Assembly (NCBI GenBank): GCA_002633005.1
Contig: NMRA01000134.1
Span: 834,364 to 898,363 of the forward strand
Reading direction: 5' to 3'
Origin: Phoronis australis
Taxonomy: Eukaryota > Animalia > Phoronida
Length of the DNA stretch: 64,000 nucleotides
The first letter of the stretch is position 1, and every line of letters begins with the position of its first letter. Below the pieces are notes generated by a model that searched no databases, was not told where the DNA came from, and saw only the letters and a list, made by a program, of their open reading frames with translations. Positions 51,201 through 64,000 of the stretch are shown here, piece by piece. The position numbers and the translations under genes were made by a program.

Positions 51201-52647
51201 ATAGGGGTGCAGTCATTGACTGTAAGATAACATGGGAATAGGAAGATTGAGGTACACAATTGTGTTCAGAACTTAAACAGTCCAAAGGGACACTAGTTAA
51301 ACACAACCCATGAAGACTCCTCGGGTAAAAACAAAAACTGTTGTTAATGACTTAGAAAGTTATAATTTAAGAGAAGAAATTATCAACAAAGCTACTAGAT
51401 CTATGCGTGGAGTATTATTTACTTCTTGTCTCATTTTTTAATGAGTTTCATGAATCAGCCAGACCTGTGAAATGTTGATTCAAAAATCCGTAACTTCTGT
51501 AAACCAATTTTCCTTATGGGATGTACGCTGAGCCGTTTCCAGGTGTGGCAATAGTAAATTAAACACTGGTGTCTCTTTTGACTTGCCAACAGCAGCTTAG
51601 TGAGATCCCTGGCATGTCCACAATAAAACAGTTTAGATATGATGAACAAGAACAGATAAACTTTATGGCAGACATAGTACTACAGCATTTTGACTTGTGA
51701 TCATAAAAATGAGGCAACTCCTCCTGAGAAATTTGGGAAATATATTTTGGATATCTGAGCTTCTGGTTAGAAGGTGATTTTTTCCTTAAATTTGTAATTC
51801 TAGATAATGCGCAGGAGTAACTGTTTAAAGGTCCATGTAAAAATGCAACAGAGAATCAGCTGAAGCTGTGGTCTTACAGGTCGGTCTTTTAACTGAACAC
51901 AGTCGTGAACAGTTATGGGCTGTTCTATGCCTAAAACCACACTGGTAGGGACTAGTGTAAAACCAGTCTGAATGAAGCAGATGACGATCAGCAACAAAAC
52001 TAGAACCTAATAATCCTTGATAACCAAAAAGGCACTAAAATTTAATAAAATTTAAAAGCTGATATTTTCTTTTCAGTTTTCACATTTTCTTTGAAAATGC
52101 TTACGGTTGGTTTTAAAATCATGAGCTGAAAGTGAAACCAAAGTTGAACAAAAAGTGTATACAGCACAAGCATATTTCACTTTGGAATTTCCCAGACAAA
52201 CAGAATGCAGAAATTATCACCATGATTTCATTCAATCAATTTCATGACACATTACCAACCCAAATTATTTCAAACGCAATATTACTCAACATGCCTCTCA
52301 ACAGACACGTAGACTACCGCGCACCCCCGGTTAAAAAAAAACCTTTGTCGTCTTTGTTCATTCCTACTCCTAGTTATTCACGTAGACGCTGTAGCTAAAA
52401 TGTTAAAATATGCAATACTTAAAACACTAGAACTTGAACAATTTGACTTTTCGGTCTTGTAATTATGCGTCACAATTTGAATTAATGACTGGCGAACATG
52501 ATTAAGCGGTACTAAGGCTTAACCTATATGAGAGCCTGTACACCTGAGATACCGTACCTGTAATTAACGTGACCTAGAAAATGGCCGGCGACATGCATGT
52601 TGCTGCCACGACCCAATCCGCTTAAAACTAAATGCGAGTACACTTAC

Positions 52648-52690
52648 CTGCAATTATAAGCAGAAAAGCACTCAGGACCTTCACAGACAT
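52648..52690 (-). CDS. Ig gene first coding exon: signal peptide MSVKVLSAFLLIIA
   Basis: ATG at 52690, GCAG|gtaagt donor, phase 1; joins exon 2 to give MSVKVLSAFLLIIAAANA|QF (A-x-A cleavage). The seven exons total 1158 nt = 385 aa plus stop. Confidence 0.88.
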
Positions 52691-52699
52691 AGCTGTAGC

Positions 52700-52860
52700 T
52701 TTTTCGTGATAAGTTAACTCGCTACAACTTACGCGTCTCAACGACCGCTCGAATGTGGAAACCGGCAACTTCACAGGTACAGCCCGCCGCACAATTGGCG
52801 CATGCGCAAATTTGGGGTTCACTACAAGGGGTTCCCGACTGTCCATATTCTTCGTCTAAT
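52700..52860 (-). promoter_or_regulatory. Probable CpG-rich promoter / 5'UTR of the Ig gene
   Basis: NRF1-type palindrome GCGCATGCGC at 52798-52807, adjacent CCAAT on the minus strand (52794-52798), YY1-like AAAATGGC at 52578-52585; CpG density rises sharply here. Confidence 0.65.
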
Positions 52861-54969
52861 TGTTTCCAAAAAACATACGGGTGTGACATTATTTAAAGCA
52901 ACAAACAAAATGATTTACAGAACAGCAACGGTTACTTCCTGAGAAGCACGTTGTTTATAATAGTGGAGAAAATGTAGAATTTTCTAGTTACAGGCGGATT
53001 CAACTTAGGGACCCACGGCAAAATTCATTTCCCCTCAAAAATTATACCGGTTGCCGTCATAGCGATTCAGGGCCAGGGTTTCTTTGTGGAGTATATGTGG
53101 CATGTGATCTGAGCCTGAGACGAGAAAGTTTATTAAATCACCGGCGCATTCACTACTAAAGTGTAGGCCCTACCACGGCATTTCTCAACTAAGTCATGGT
53201 TCACACGGTATCGGACAGGTACCCGGCGATGTACACGCGGCAGCCGAGGATTAAAGGGTTTCTTGTAAGAGAATTTTAAATAAAGTGTCTCGTTCTAATA
53301 GATGATGCTTGTGGAATTTTAATTATGGTAATAACGAGTCCGTAGTCACAGTGACGAATGATGATGAAAGAATTTGTTAGAAAAGGTCGAGTGACTTTTT
53401 ATGCAAGATCCCCACACTCAATCGGGCGGCTGCAGATTCTTCGCCAACGAGCTGAACTCTCTAGAAATGTGCATTGGCTTTTATAGTGCTAACTCATTAG
53501 GGCTGAAAAGTTGGGTAATGGGAATCAGTCGACATCGCAACCCGGTGCGCTCCTATTAAAAAGTGGAGTACCCATTCCAGCGCAATTTACTAAGTACCAT
53601 CATGGCTTCAAATTGGACAGAACCGACAGGTAGACTTGAGAATATGGATTTTGGCGGTACATACACTGAGAATGAACCGGCATAAAAATTACTTTCATAA
53701 TAAACAGAAGATATTGAATTTCCCGCTGCAGGCTCTCAGCCAAACAGTTATGCCAAATTTCTACTAAAATTATATGCTGTTCTTTCAGCCGGGCGAGTTT
53801 CCCATCGTCGTGCGTGAATTTTATCTTCGTTTGTCATGAGATTTTCAAGAAGTCTCCCCATCATTGCCTAAGACTAATAGAAGGTCATAAGGCTGTTGAT
53901 AAAAGATTGTTGCTAAAGGAGCATTTTCCTTTATATTAATTGTCACTGATAAACTGGCAACTCGATCACAGCCGGGATAGGGTCAATTTATTTGAATAAA
54001 AAGTGAACACTCACACGCGCACCTACAGTAGAAGACAACTTCGGTTATTTTGACCACTTCGATGGCGTGAACAAATACGTCAAATTGAGGAAGACATCCA
54101 TAGCCGCAACAGTCTAAAGTTATTATTAACTTCACATGAGTTTATATTGTCAACCATCATGCCGGCGATTTTCGCCCTTTTTCATTTTGCACACATGTAT
54201 TGTTGTCAGTTCTCGTGTTCTCTATAGTTTCTACAATGATGGACAAAGTTACCAAGCCAATTGAAACAATCTCCTCAGTTTCCAGCGCCCAGAGTGGCCG
54301 CCGGGTTGCTCCTTTTTTGATGTTTACGGTGAACTGCAACTTAGTTACGCGTTACAGATAGAAAAAACGCGGTGTTTACCCTTGTTGAACCCCAGTATTG
54401 ATGAGTCATATCAAGGCCTGACAGCGTCGCTTCTAAAGTAGGTCACGTGTCATCCATGAGATCAATAAATTAGTGCTATCTTGGAAATTATTTTCATATT
54501 TGGATGCTAGTCAACAAGATTGTCGAGTCAAATAACTCAAACAAATGCCTTTCGCATGGGACATACGGTGTGCCTGCTAAGGTGAAAATAAAAATCGTTT
54601 TTGACTGAGAACAATGGTTAAAAACGCGTATTGTAATGACAAAGGTGTGCAGAACGAGGCTGCTAGTATTGTATCTTTTGTTTGACTCGAATTGGGCATT
54701 TTATTCCTGTGGCGGCCACCCTTTCTATAGAGCCAAGGTAATAGGTACAGTCTGTTACAGGAATTTGAACAATCGGACTGTCGCCATAAAACATTGTAAT
54801 ACACACAAGCTCAGAGCTTTGGGCCGTCAAGATTTTGGCGTTAATTTACGACTACGTGTTTCCCAGTCCTGCCCTGAGTTCAGTGACGCAAGGACCCCAC
54901 TACAAAACAAGACGCGAGAGTGATGGGAGACATTGCCGTGTAGCGTTAATGAACTCTACCCTGAGTCAC

Positions 54970-55129
54970 CAGTGGCGGATTTAGAGGGGAACAAGGCCAG
55001 GGGGCCATGCCCCCAAAAATTTTCCCAGATTCCATTTTGTAGTTCAGGGGTGCGAATGCCTGACGGGCAAAATCCTAGCTAATACTCTGCCCTGGCCTCC
55101 ACTAACTCAAAATCCTGGATCCGCCCTTG
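54970..55129. mobile_element. MITE CAGTGGCGGATTT..GGATCCGCCCTTG
   Basis: TIRs, exact 5-bp TSD GTCAC; shares CTAACTCAAAATCCTGGATCCGCC with the reverse complement of 16347-16422. Confidence 0.88.
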
Positions 55130-57201
55130 GTCACTGAGAAAACGTCGATCAGTCTTCACTCAACACAACAGCGACGGAAGGTGGTTTGATGACTGACCAT
55201 TACAACTTCAGAAGAGTTTTTAGTGTCCCGCCATCCTCATTACTCCTCACAGGCGCCATTTTATTATTTCAATGTGAAACTCAGTTGGGCGAAAAAGCTA
55301 ACTGAAAATCGGGAAACTTCCGAAAAAAACGCAAGGGAACAATTGACAGAACGAGTGCCTGTTGCGTCCACAATGGTTAAAGGCATTCGAAACGCGAGTT
55401 TTCGTTCACTTATTCTTCGACTAATGTTTTTAAAACAGAATTGCTGACCCTTAAAACCTTGCCGTTTTTTCATATCTTGACCACAGAAACGCAGTATGTA
55501 CATAAGAAAATGGCTAGACATTTTTCTTTTTTTTTAGTAACATTACATGATTTTATAAACGTGGTCATTTTAAAACATGACATCCGAATTCTGTTGATTC
55601 TGCTGCAGGGTAGCTACCACGAAAACGGTTCTGATCAAGTGTTTTTTAACCCGACCGACTAAGCTGTCGAAATTGAAGCCTGCCGAAATGCAGAATGCTG
55701 AAGTCTTCATCTTTTCGAAAACCTGCTGGAGTTCTCAGGTTAAAAATAATAGCCGAAAATCTGACACCCCGGCCAATGCTCAATCCGCATAACATGTTTC
55801 AGAGGTAAATATTTTTACAAAACTTCTTATGATATGTATCTAAACTGAAAATGATGCAATGTTTGTGCACAATAGTTGGTAATGAAACTGTACGATATTC
55901 ACGCATTGCATATTTTTCTGAAGTCAAGGTTTTATACAATAAAATAGCATTGCACGACATTCACGCATTGCGTTTTACTGTAGTCAAGTCTCTAAAACAT
56001 TCCGCTGTAACACTAGACATACACGTAACAAACTTTCCTCGGGAAAGCACAAAATGTGGACTCGTGCGTTTGGCCTTATTTCCTTAGGAAAAAACGTATA
56101 TCGAATTTAGTCTTTTACCCTCATAAAATCGGCTCGACTGGGATAGGATTCTATTTCCGTTACCACGAAGAACATCGAAGTCATCAGCGATTCAAGAAAA
56201 CACTCTAGGGTTCGTTTGGGTTACGAGACCGATTTCATCACGCGAGTTTTAAGACCCGTTACGATTTACCAGCTAAATTGGACGATATGCAGTCTCGATA
56301 CCCGTTCCTTACATCAACTTAGAAAACAAGATTGTGAGTTTCGTCAGTCGAAAGATATCCCTAAAATATCAACATTGCTTAACTTCAAGTCCTGTTTGTG
56401 TTTCTCTAATTTTACATTTTTTTAGGTGGGACAGGTTTCTGCGAAAATCTCATTACACATGACAGGAGTTGGAGCTTATGTATTCGTCTTTGTAGCTGTA
56501 GCGTGAGTACCCACAATGCACAATTCAGCCGTCACTCACTACGTCAGCCATTTTAGGTGGCGGTGCACCCACCCCAAAAAATAAAAATCAAACTTAAAAT
56601 TCCATGTGCTCATTCAGGGGGTAGGGCTCGGGGGCTTGAACAAGTCCCCCCAGTTGGTGAAGTGGGCAAAAAGGTCCGCCTCAGGGAAACAAAAACTCCG
56701 AAAAAAGCAGAAAACGAGACAAAAGTCCACTAAAAAGACAGGAACTACCAAAATTCGGCGAATGCACAGCTCATAGTTCTGAACGTACCCTGTGAATCTT
56801 AGTAAAAGGTTCACATTCTCAAAAATTCGAACCCCTATTTCTATGCTGGGTGCGTGCATGAATTCATATTCATTTCAGTTAACTTTGAACATATTTGGAG
56901 TTGTGTCGAATGATCATTATATCAGTTTATGTTTGAACAGAATTAATTTGCCATTTTATGAAGTTTTTAACTGCAATGAGGAGGAAAGAGTATCGTACAC
57001 GCAATATTCACCTTAAATGTCCAGTCGATGAATGTTACTCATATCCCAACGTATCCTGGCGGATCTAGAACACCAGGAGTGGGCCAGACTACAATGTCCA
57101 AATGTTAGACGTTCGTAATAGTCATGGAATCAGCATGCCCCCCTGATCCCGCTCGGCCACCCATCAATAATCAGCGTAATACACAGAGAAGTGAACTTCA
57201 G

Positions 57202-57484
57202 TGGTGAATTTATTTTTTTTTATCGGTCCGTGACATCAATATTGCACCCTTTGACACAATTTTCGCTTTTACAGGCAGATAAAAGAAAGTTTCCTGTTGG
57301 TGAATATATCTTTTTTATCAGTCCGTGACATCAATATTGCACCCTTCGACACAATTTTCGCTTTTACAGGCAGGGAAAAGAATGTTCCCTGTTGGCGAAT
57401 ATATCTTTTTATCAGTCCGTAACATCAATATTGCACCCTTCAACACAATATTCGCTTTTACAGGCAGATAAAAAATGTTCCCTG
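57202..57484. repeat. Tandem repeat, unit about 94 bp x3
   Basis: tcRgtccgtRacatcaatattgcaccctt at 57223, 57318 and 57412. Confidence 0.92.
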
Positions 57485-58529
57485 CTTCCTGTTGAAATCT
57501 CTTAGTGATGGCGTGTCTGACACTGTTATGACGCACTAGGCGATTTGGAGCCGGAAACAAGAAAACACAAGATGACGCAAGTCTTCGCGCGAAATATTTG
57601 AAGCACATGATCACACTAGTTTATTTAACGATATTCTTACGTCTACAAAACTTTAACCGGTACATAGCCCGGTGGCACGGCAAATGTTCAAGTGTTTTAT
57701 AACAACTGGTCTAGTCATTTCAATTTTGGCATTTGAATTTTGTTTAGATCTAAAAAGTCAAAACATCTGAAGTTTAAACTTGTCTGACTAATTCCCTGAC
57801 GAGGAGGAATGAGGCAACCAGAGGAAAAGATAACGGCGAATCACGCGATACCAGGAACACATGTGACGCTACATTTTTGCGTCCCTACAGTCACACAACG
57901 ACCACGTTAACTAACGGTGATCAATGTATTTCGCCCAAAACGCAATTTTATTAAACAGGAAATCCCTTCATTTCTCATGAACAATTTTGATCCGAGTTTC
58001 ATCTCATAACTACAACTATATGCAACGCAGAAAGCGTTAGTGCTAAAATTTGTATTATTTCATGTTACGTGTTCAATTACAACTGATTTAAATTCACTCA
58101 GGTCAAAACTTCCCGTCTTTTGTAAAAACACCATAGGATTATATCAAAGTAGCTGATACTTGAGGAGTAATGATGAATTTTAACTACTGCAGGCTAAGTC
58201 TAGTTAACACTCATTGTATAGGATGTCTGCTACCGCGCCGAGTCCGAAATATAAACACAAGTTTGAAATAGTCTATCTATGAAAAAAGAAATCATTTGGG
58301 GGGTAAGGTAACATTTTTGCACACGTGTTATAGCTAAGTCACGAGTATGTCATGAACAATCAAACTGGGATAAACAGCTCGTTAGAGCAAATTTTACAGC
58401 GCAGCGTTATCAGGTGACGAGCAAGGAATCAGAAACAATGTCAGACTACTAGCGTCATCTATTTTACAATGCACATCGAGTCAGACTGGAGCACGATTGT
58501 AATCAGTGGGCGTCGGAGGCCAAAATGGC

Positions 58530-58740
58530 TGAAATTTACGCACGCAAATTTCGACGGTGTAAATTAGTTATTATACCGTAGGGCCTACATACAATACTTA
58601 ACGCGTAAATTATTTACTACTCACGTAAATCAGTTTTTGTCAATCAATTATTTGCGGCAAATTTAAAACTTTTTAATGGCGTAAATTAATCATTAAATTA
58701 CTTGTGCAATTTATGGCCGTGAATAATTAATTTACGTCAT
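58530..58740. repeat. AT-rich foldback-like element of GTAAATTA / TTATTTAC subrepeats
   Basis: Repeated cgtaaatta and aatttacg motifs in both orientations. Confidence 0.5.
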
Positions 58741-59254
58741 CAAAAGTTGTTTATGGTATGGTCGAATTTTGCATATGCATGATTGTTAATGTTTACTAGG
58801 TATCTACCTACCTATCTCTGTTCGGTGCTCGAACACCTCTGAATTCAGATGTTTGCCTTCGTTTTTTTTTCTTCAGTGTACGAAAAGTCTTTTTTAGTAA
58901 ATCATCATTTAAATGATGACTTACGGCCAAGATGCGTCTCTTTGGTATTATCACATGTCAACTTGGATGTTTTTGCTGTTATTCATTCCTACATGTATTG
59001 CTTGTAGATTAAATATAAACTTGTCTAATTTCATTGTCAACGATAGCCCAGCCGGAAAACGCATGCTCGTCGAATGGGATAAACTTCTTTAAAATACTAG
59101 CTTTGACCTGAGCAAAATCCGCCTTTTCTGTAATTTAATTACAAAATCGCCGATTCTCGTCGTTGTTTGCCAGATATTCGCTGCAATAAGGGTCAGTGAC
59201 TTTACTTAAGTTTATCAGATGAATATGCCTTTGCGTATTCCGAATAACTTTTAC

Positions 59255-59563
59255 CTCAAACAGACGCTCAGCAGGTTTAGTACGATCTCATTGGTCGAAC
59301 CCGCATGAAACACCCACCATCGCAGCCAAATGCTCTGCCGGCGAGGCTAACTCAAACTTAATAAATGGGTTTAGCGCTGAACCCGCTGAGCGTCTGTGTG
59401 AGTTCTGGGTTACTCCTGCCTCCCGTTCAGTAACGCTAGGACCTCGTTAAAAAGCAAGACTTCGCGAGATTACGTGAGATATTGCGTGTATTTTAAATGA
59501 GAACACATGACTTTGACTAGGTGTAAGCTAGGTTCTAGCGTAGGTCCTAGCGTCTACTGAACG
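59255..59563. repeat. Two adjacent short palindromic (MITE-like) elements
   Basis: 59255-59280 is mirrored at 59377-59402; 59424-59444 is mirrored at 59542-59563. Confidence 0.8.
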
Positions 59564-60182
59564 CACGCCTAACTTTATCATTAGTAGCAGGAAGAGATGG
59601 TTATCTCTTCCTGTTAGTAGCTATCAGGCTGATACGTGAGAATTTTGACCACAGCCGCAGTGCTTCCCTCTGTATTACACAGTACAAAGTACAACGATGC
59701 CTGCAGTACATCGATGATGTGTTGTGATGATTCATGAGGGAATTTCAACAAATTCATCATCATCAACCACACGCAACATCCAGTCCACCGTACAAAAGAT
59801 GACACTCTCCCAGTGCATACATCAGTTTCACAATACATCCCGCAGATTAACCAATACGGTACCTTAACTATACAAACCAGCCCAGGCCTACATACAGGAG
59901 AACGCTTCCTTAAGAAGTTTGCGTTTTTATAAAATGGGAAGACCAAGCTGTTCAACTCCGAAGGCGTGAAAACCAGGCAGAATCAAGAGGCCTGGAATCT
60001 AAAGAAACCACTCCGTTCACATGCCAATTACAGATGTGGCCGTGATGGCAAGGGACGCATGGCTTGACTCGCGATTAAAACCTGCCCACCTGACCTCTTG
60101 TGAGTTGTAAGAACCAAAATATAATTGGCATTTTACGGCAGGTACCAACTCGGATCTATACTCGCGTTACCACTCTCTGTCA

Positions 60183-60251
60183 GTGTGTATATGTGTGTGT
60201 ATGTGTATGAACGTGCGTTCGCGCGCGCGCGCGCGCGTGTGTGTGCGTGTG
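60183..60251. repeat. Alternating purine-pyrimidine microsatellite with a (CG)9 core
   Basis: (TG/TA)n, cgcgcgcgcgcgcgcgcg at 60220-60237, then (TG)n. Confidence 0.9.
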
Positions 60252-62339
60252 AGTATCAGTCAGTGACCCATGCTGTGTCATCTCGGAAAGCACTGCACGT
60301 ACGCAGATAAATATTTTTGCACATGTTTTAGCTGGTCTTGGCTGCTCGAATCGTGAATTTTGGAAACTAACCAGCGCTTCCCGGTCGTCAATTCTGCGAC
60401 AAGCATTGCGAGAACACCGTACTCTCTTTTTTATTTTTGGAAACGGAGTGCTCCATCACGGGGCATGGCTTTTTGGCCAAACTAAAAATATGAGTTATGA
60501 AAAAGGTCATGATAACGATAGTCCCATATGTTACTGTAGAATCATCAGTGATTCGAAGTGCCATGTAATTTTACTTTACCTTTCAGTCTTTGTTTGTGGT
60601 GGATGTCTTCCAGCTAAAATAAAAATACAGAATGGTAATTGCAGCCAGATAAGCATAAAAATAAAGACACGTGTAGAGTAAAGGAAATTCGTGAAAATGT
60701 TATTTTAAGTTTGCCGATATTTGATGATTTATATTGAGGATTTTATTTGATGAAAATGCATCACTGCTTGGCCTGCAGTCTGTAAGTTGTTACCGTGTTG
60801 GGGTTTTACTCGTCATGGCATAAGGCGAATGAGTAAATTGCACTTGCTTCCAATTTCTGAGCCAATGAACACTCACATTCGGTTGACTTGCAGACATTCG
60901 TCCCCAGAAATACTGACTCTTGACCCTTTCATGATGTGTGCGTGAGAAGCAGCGGAATCCATTAATCTACTGTTGTTGCTCCATATGTCTAGTAGATGTC
61001 GCTAGTGTTTGGTTTCTAGAACTGAATTCCTAGTGAAAAATTAGGTTAAGGTCATTTTTACCCGAAATATGCAGCGAAATTAGCCAGAATAAACGTACAT
61101 TAGATTCGTTTAGTACGGCTCGTCGATGAAGTGGTAGATAATGGGCCTGTGAGTCGAGATGCCGGACAAAGAACCGACGGAACGCTCAGCTATGGACTAG
61201 ATTGGTATATGCATTTACGTATTCTCGAAGCGGCTGTTATCTTATCTGAAGTTGAAAGCAAAGCGAAGGTTTGGTGTAATGTGTAGTTTTGTTCCAAGGC
61301 TAACAAACAGGGACAGAGGTGGATCTACGGGGGGATTCAAGGGGTTTAACCCCCCCCCTTGGGCCAGGACCCAAAATAAAAAAAACAAAACAAAAACGTC
61401 TCCAGCAAAACAAAAACAGCACCGCCAACGTGTGTAAACCCCAAATAAAGCAACTTGGAAAAACTGAGGGGGGTGGGGGGTGGGGTTCACTCTGAAAATA
61501 TAATTTTTTGCATTGCGAATTGCTGTTATGAAAATCAACGCATTTCGAGTCTTCGTGGCTCATTGGCAAAACGCGCGGAGATCAATTGTGTGCGCGCTTC
61601 CGTCGACACTTCTGAAGTAACCAAGCATTTTAGATGGATCCACCGGTGAAAGAGCAACTCTATAGCTGATTTCTTTAGGTAACTAGCTTCTTTACTGTAA
61701 GATATGTTTTAATTTGATTAGCGAAAATACTATGGTGCCGCAACCCTGATTGATTCAGGCGAATTGACGTGCAACGTTTTTACCTCATCTGTCTTGTCGT
61801 GTCATGCTATTACACTCCACACGTTTGTAACTCGAATTTGACTGGTGTATAGTAAAGTTGTCTTACGCAATATCATACGGTGTACATGTACATGTACATG
61901 TAATATTTTTGAAAAAAAATCGTTTTCCGAAGAATTGCTATTGTGGCGGGCGCCGTGGTCTGGTCGCGAGTCCGTTTGAAAATGCAGTCTGACAAGTTAT
62001 GTCTATACAAAGAATGACCAAGGGGGCACTCACTTTGACGAAGTGACCGCATTCGCTAACAGTGTACAGTACCAGAAATTGCAGGGAGGCTGTACTTTCA
62101 CAGCAAAGTCTTGAGGGACTCACGCGCTATGTTCAATAGCCCTCCTAAGGAGCCCTAGTTCCGACCTCAACACCTACCGTCTTTCTACCTGCAATAAGCA
62201 CCACAGCCGTCTTCTATACAGGGAATTTCCGCAGAAAGGCCCACCCGATAAATCCCCATTCCCATGGGTATTTATTTGAAGTTAGTACTTCGGGTTTCAA
62301 GCGTTCAGACATTGGGACGTTTATTCCAAAAATTGCAAG

Positions 62340-63150
62340 AGGCGCAAATAGGTCCTGGGATGCATCGTCTAGGTTTGAAGTAGTCCGTGATGAGTAGATC
62401 AAATTTAGTTGCGTATGTAAGTCTTTTGAATGGACTTGGCAACCTTAGGGGGCTTAGTGCTAACTGAGCTGCGAAACGAGATGCTGACATTGTAGAGGCT
62501 TACAAGCTCATTGACACAGCGGTTGACGAAGTGCAAGCATTGGCAACAAACATCGAAGATGTCTGGGTAGAATGGTTCCAAGACGAGCAAACCATTGGAT
62601 CCGATATACAGATTCCTCGGCAGTCCAGACAACATAAGGACAGGACAAACGTTCCTGGAGAAACACCCAGGTAATAAGTTATAATTCTACACAGTTTGTA
62701 CATAATACCGTTTTTTATGATTGTGTACAATGAAAACGAAATAGAGATTATTTGTGGTCATGCCAAATTTACCCAGTACAACACGGGGTCTACGAGCGCA
62801 CAAAAACTGATTCTGGTTTGTATTTCCACTTGACTCTTATCTGCTTCATATCCAAAATCTATTTCACGTAGTGCATAGTTAAATTTGTACTCAATACTTG
62901 TTTCTTCCAGTGAGTACTACAGAACGGTGCGAAAACCCATCCTAGACTTACCTCTCGTAGCTGAGCTGACCACCAGATGTGCAAAATACACATATGAGCC
63001 ACCACTGGGGATTAAAAAGTGTCTAGAGAGAAGTTTTTTCAATCCAATTTTTTTTGCATAGTACACTTTAGGTCTCGCGACGGACCAGGCCAGCTTGATT
63101 TGTGAAGACATTGAGTTCCAGTGTACTTCTGGCCCCTCGGCGAACTAGTC
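62340..63150 (+). pseudogene. hAT transposase relic (P52rIPK/THAP12/ZMYM1-like group) with a spliceosomal intron at 62671-62910
   Basis: LRGLSAN*..DIVEAYKLIDTAVDEVQAL..IPRQSRQHKDRTNVPGETP(S)EYYRTVRKPILD..ELTTR matches the hAT pattern LS..LQ..DI..A....PR..RQ..R.NVP...P.EYYR...P.LD....L..RF; stops and deletions present. Confidence 0.82.
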
Positions 63151-64000
63151 TTGTGATGTTTTTTACCAAAGTGTGCTTTGTAAAACTTCACTTTATGGTA
63201 CCAATAAACAACCCTAGAAGGATACCGTATGCGGTGCAATTGTGGGTGCATTTCAACGCTCCGCATTGCTCTTGTTACACATTACAGTGGGTTTTGAAGG
63301 CAATATATTTTGCACATGCAAAACATCTATTATATAAAATGCATCGTTTGCACAAACTCCCGTCTCCCCCGCTCCACTACAGACCTTCGTTGCACCCGTT
63401 TCGGCACCGCCTTGGTCCCAGGTATTGCACCGGCCCCCTATTAGGATTCAAGGTGTCTATATTTTTTTTGCGTGCCGTTTTTTTCGCTGACGCAGAGGGA
63501 GGTTGGCCGGATTCGTACTGGCCTTGGTGACGTCAGGTGGTCGGCTCAACGGCCTGGGTGACGTCACTCCGTTGGCTTAATTTCACTCCCTACGGTATAT
63601 AATTCATCGGGCCTGTCGCTGCCCAAATTAATGATGCCTCATTAAAAATTGTTTACTCTTCCTTGGGTAAACTAAATTATTTACCCGGGTGTTGGAACAT
63701 TGGTGTTCTTCAGTTATTCTGCTGCTAAAGTTGCCATGCGCTCTTTGGGCGCCATTGTGTCACCTATTGGCCAGTTTCCATGTTCTTCAATTAACTGCGA
63801 GGTTGCGTACAGATTATAACAATCGGAAGTGGTTTCATTTCGTTACAAATTTTTACTATTTTAATACCTGCCCAGAAAATCCAATTTCAGAACAAACTCT
63901 CGAGAGATATTGTAAAGTTTTAAGAAATGGCACATAGGCCTACGTGCGCGTGTCACGAATATGCTCTGTTTTCAAAACGACGACAGATTTTCCTTTGTTA

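Noticed and set aside
21986-52690. Naming the Ig gene basigin/neuroplastin or an IgLON
   Set aside because: No transmembrane helix with the basigin Glu and no cytoplasmic tail; no IgLON-specific motifs recognised, so no symbol is given.
52691-52846. In-frame upstream ATG extending the Ig protein N-terminus
   Set aside because: It spans promoter-like motifs and would bury the signal peptide; the ATG at 52690 fits better.
63102-63530. 142-aa ORF
   Set aside because: Non-ATG start, overlaps the decayed end of the hAT relic, no coherent domain.

Overview
Eukaryotic (animal) genomic DNA, probably an invertebrate deuterostome (inferred from intron positions, repeat types and CpG pattern). Two spliced genes lie tail-to-tail. 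(1) + strand: the 3' half of a cGMP-specific phosphodiesterase PDE9 orthologue, covering the whole catalytic domain (exons 3051-12889, plus a probable upstream exon at 1093-1177). It carries two tandem, equal-length (114 nt), same-phase copies of one catalytic-domain exon (7593-7706 and 7770-7883) only 63 nt apart, a strong candidate mutually exclusive exon pair giving two catalytic-domain variants. (2) - strand: a complete 385-aa signal peptide + three-Ig-domain + GPI-signal cell-surface protein (CDS exons 52690 down to 21986), with a 3'UTR intron and a well-formed 24-nt micro-exon between Ig2 and Ig3 that adds an N-glycosylation sequon. The rest is intronic or intergenic: MITEs, SINE heads, minisatellites, a Tc1/mariner-type element carrying a decayed HIRAN-like ORF, a LINE fragment, an intron-containing hAT transposase relic, and a haplotype-type duplication at an assembly gap. 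All calls are by eye; no database search was run.
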